DNA from: Octopus bimaculoides
Lineage: Eukaryota
Length of the DNA: 33,530 bases
Direction: 5' to 3'
Assembly: GCF_001194135.2 (NCBI RefSeq)
Contig: NC_069006.1
Coordinates: 13,714,124-13,747,653 of the forward strand
Positions 32,291 through 33,530 of this stretch are shown here, piece by piece. The translations under genes and the position numbers were made by a program. Under the pieces are notes generated by a model. It did no database searches, was not told the DNA's origin, and was given only the letters and a program-made list of their open reading frames with translations. How positions within the stretch are numbered: the stretch's first letter is position 1; the number at the start of each line of letters is the position of its first letter.

Positions 32291-33114
32291 ACCAAATAAA
32301 TTTTTTTTTTGTTTTTTAAATTCAAAATATTGAAATAGAAAGTAAATATTTAAATCGTTCTTTTTTCTTTTTTCATGATTTTGCTGTCGTTTTCCCTCCT
32401 TTATTTCTAACTAGACTAGCGTCGTAGTATTTTTCTAAAGCACTTATAAAATACAAATAAAACAATTACATCGCGAAAAAAGCCACGATAAACCATTAAC
32501 AAACACAAAAAAAAACCGTTTTCTAGGTTTCATGTTTTTTCAATAAGTCATTATTATTGCTATTTTTTTTTGTTAAAAAAGCGATATCATCGAGAAAACG
32601 GATCCATGAAGGTCTAGCAATGTTGCTGATGATGGAAATAAGGTTCTTTGGCTCTTTCGAACAAACTGCAAGGGACTTATACGAATATATGGGAAAGAAA
32701 TTGAAAATGTACTTTTGTAGAGAGATAAAAACTAAAACACGATCGTACAGTTTGTGTATTTTAACTCATTTTTTCCGTATNNNNNNNNNNNNNNNNNNNN
32801 NNNNNNNNNNNNNNNNNNNNNNNNNNNNNNNNNNNNNNNNNNNNNNNNNNNNNNNNNNNNNNNNNNNNNNNNNNNNNNNNNNNNNNNNNNNNNNNNNNNN
32901 NNNNNNNNNNNNNNNNNNNNNNNNNNNNNNNNNNNNNNNNNNNNNNNNNNNNNNNNNNNNNNNNNNNNNNNNNNNNNNNNNNNNNNNNNNNNNNNNNNNN
33001 NNNNNNNNNNNNNNNNNNNNNNNNNNNNNNNNNNNNNNNNNNNNNNNNNNNNNNNNNNNNNNNNNNNNNNNNNNNNNNNNNNNNNNNNNNNNNNNNNNNN
33101 NNNNNNNNNNNNNN

Positions 33115-33390
33115 CATACATACATACATACATACATACATACTGCATTCATGCATGCATACATACATATACACATACGTACATAGATATAGATTCGTAC
33201 ATACATACATACATGCATACACACACATACATAATACATACTGCATTCATGCATACATACATATACACATACGTACATGCATACATATACAGATTCATAC
33301 GTACATACATACATACATACATACATTTGTAAACACCTATATACATACATATAAATGCATATACATACGTACAAACACACACACACACAC
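33115..33390. repeat. (CATA)n microsatellite
   Basis: Direct sequence, adjacent to gap 32781-33114. Confidence 0.9.
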
Positions 33391-33530
33391 AGACACGATC
33401 ATGATAAAAAGAAATATACGTCGAAAATTACAACACAAAACAAAACGAAATCACAGATCCAAGTGTATGCATCTTGGTACATATGTACGTACGTACGTAC
33501 GTACACACACACACACATATATATATATAT

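Noticed and set aside
32530-32665. Possible minus-strand exon after CCCTTGCAG
   Set aside because: Short frames ending in stops, no donor, no recognisable homology
6384-33386. Long ORFs composed largely of X
   Set aside because: They span N gaps and are artefacts of translating Ns
1-33530. CRISPR arrays, rRNA or genuine tRNA genes
   Set aside because: No repeat-spacer arrays. The tRNA-like boxes belong to SINE heads and give no full cloverleaf.

Overview
Eukaryotic, AT-rich, intron- and repeat-rich draft genomic sequence with several N gaps. The SINE and microsatellite landscape resembles octopus/cephalopod DNA (my recollection, not verified). Two spliced genes sit head-to-head. (1) Minus strand, 874-9925: a 12-coding-exon class I (4Fe-4S, FumA/FumB-type) fumarate hydratase with a mitochondrial-type presequence; exon 4 is partly hidden in a gap. 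This enzyme class is unusual for an animal. (2) Plus strand, 15945-27843: LSG1 (60S export GTPase), with 12 exons visible; the N-terminal exons and the G4 exon are probably in gaps. Introns and flanks carry tRNA-derived SINEs, a second SINE family with a (GAT)n tail, an RTE LINE fragment, a decayed mariner, a mariner MITE, a fold-back MITE containing telomere-like repeats, and four minimal hammerhead-ribozyme-like motifs, one near-intact and one inside a tRNA-headed element. Two possible exons of an unrecognised third gene lie at the right end. Coordinates were counted by hand; repeat boundaries are approximate.
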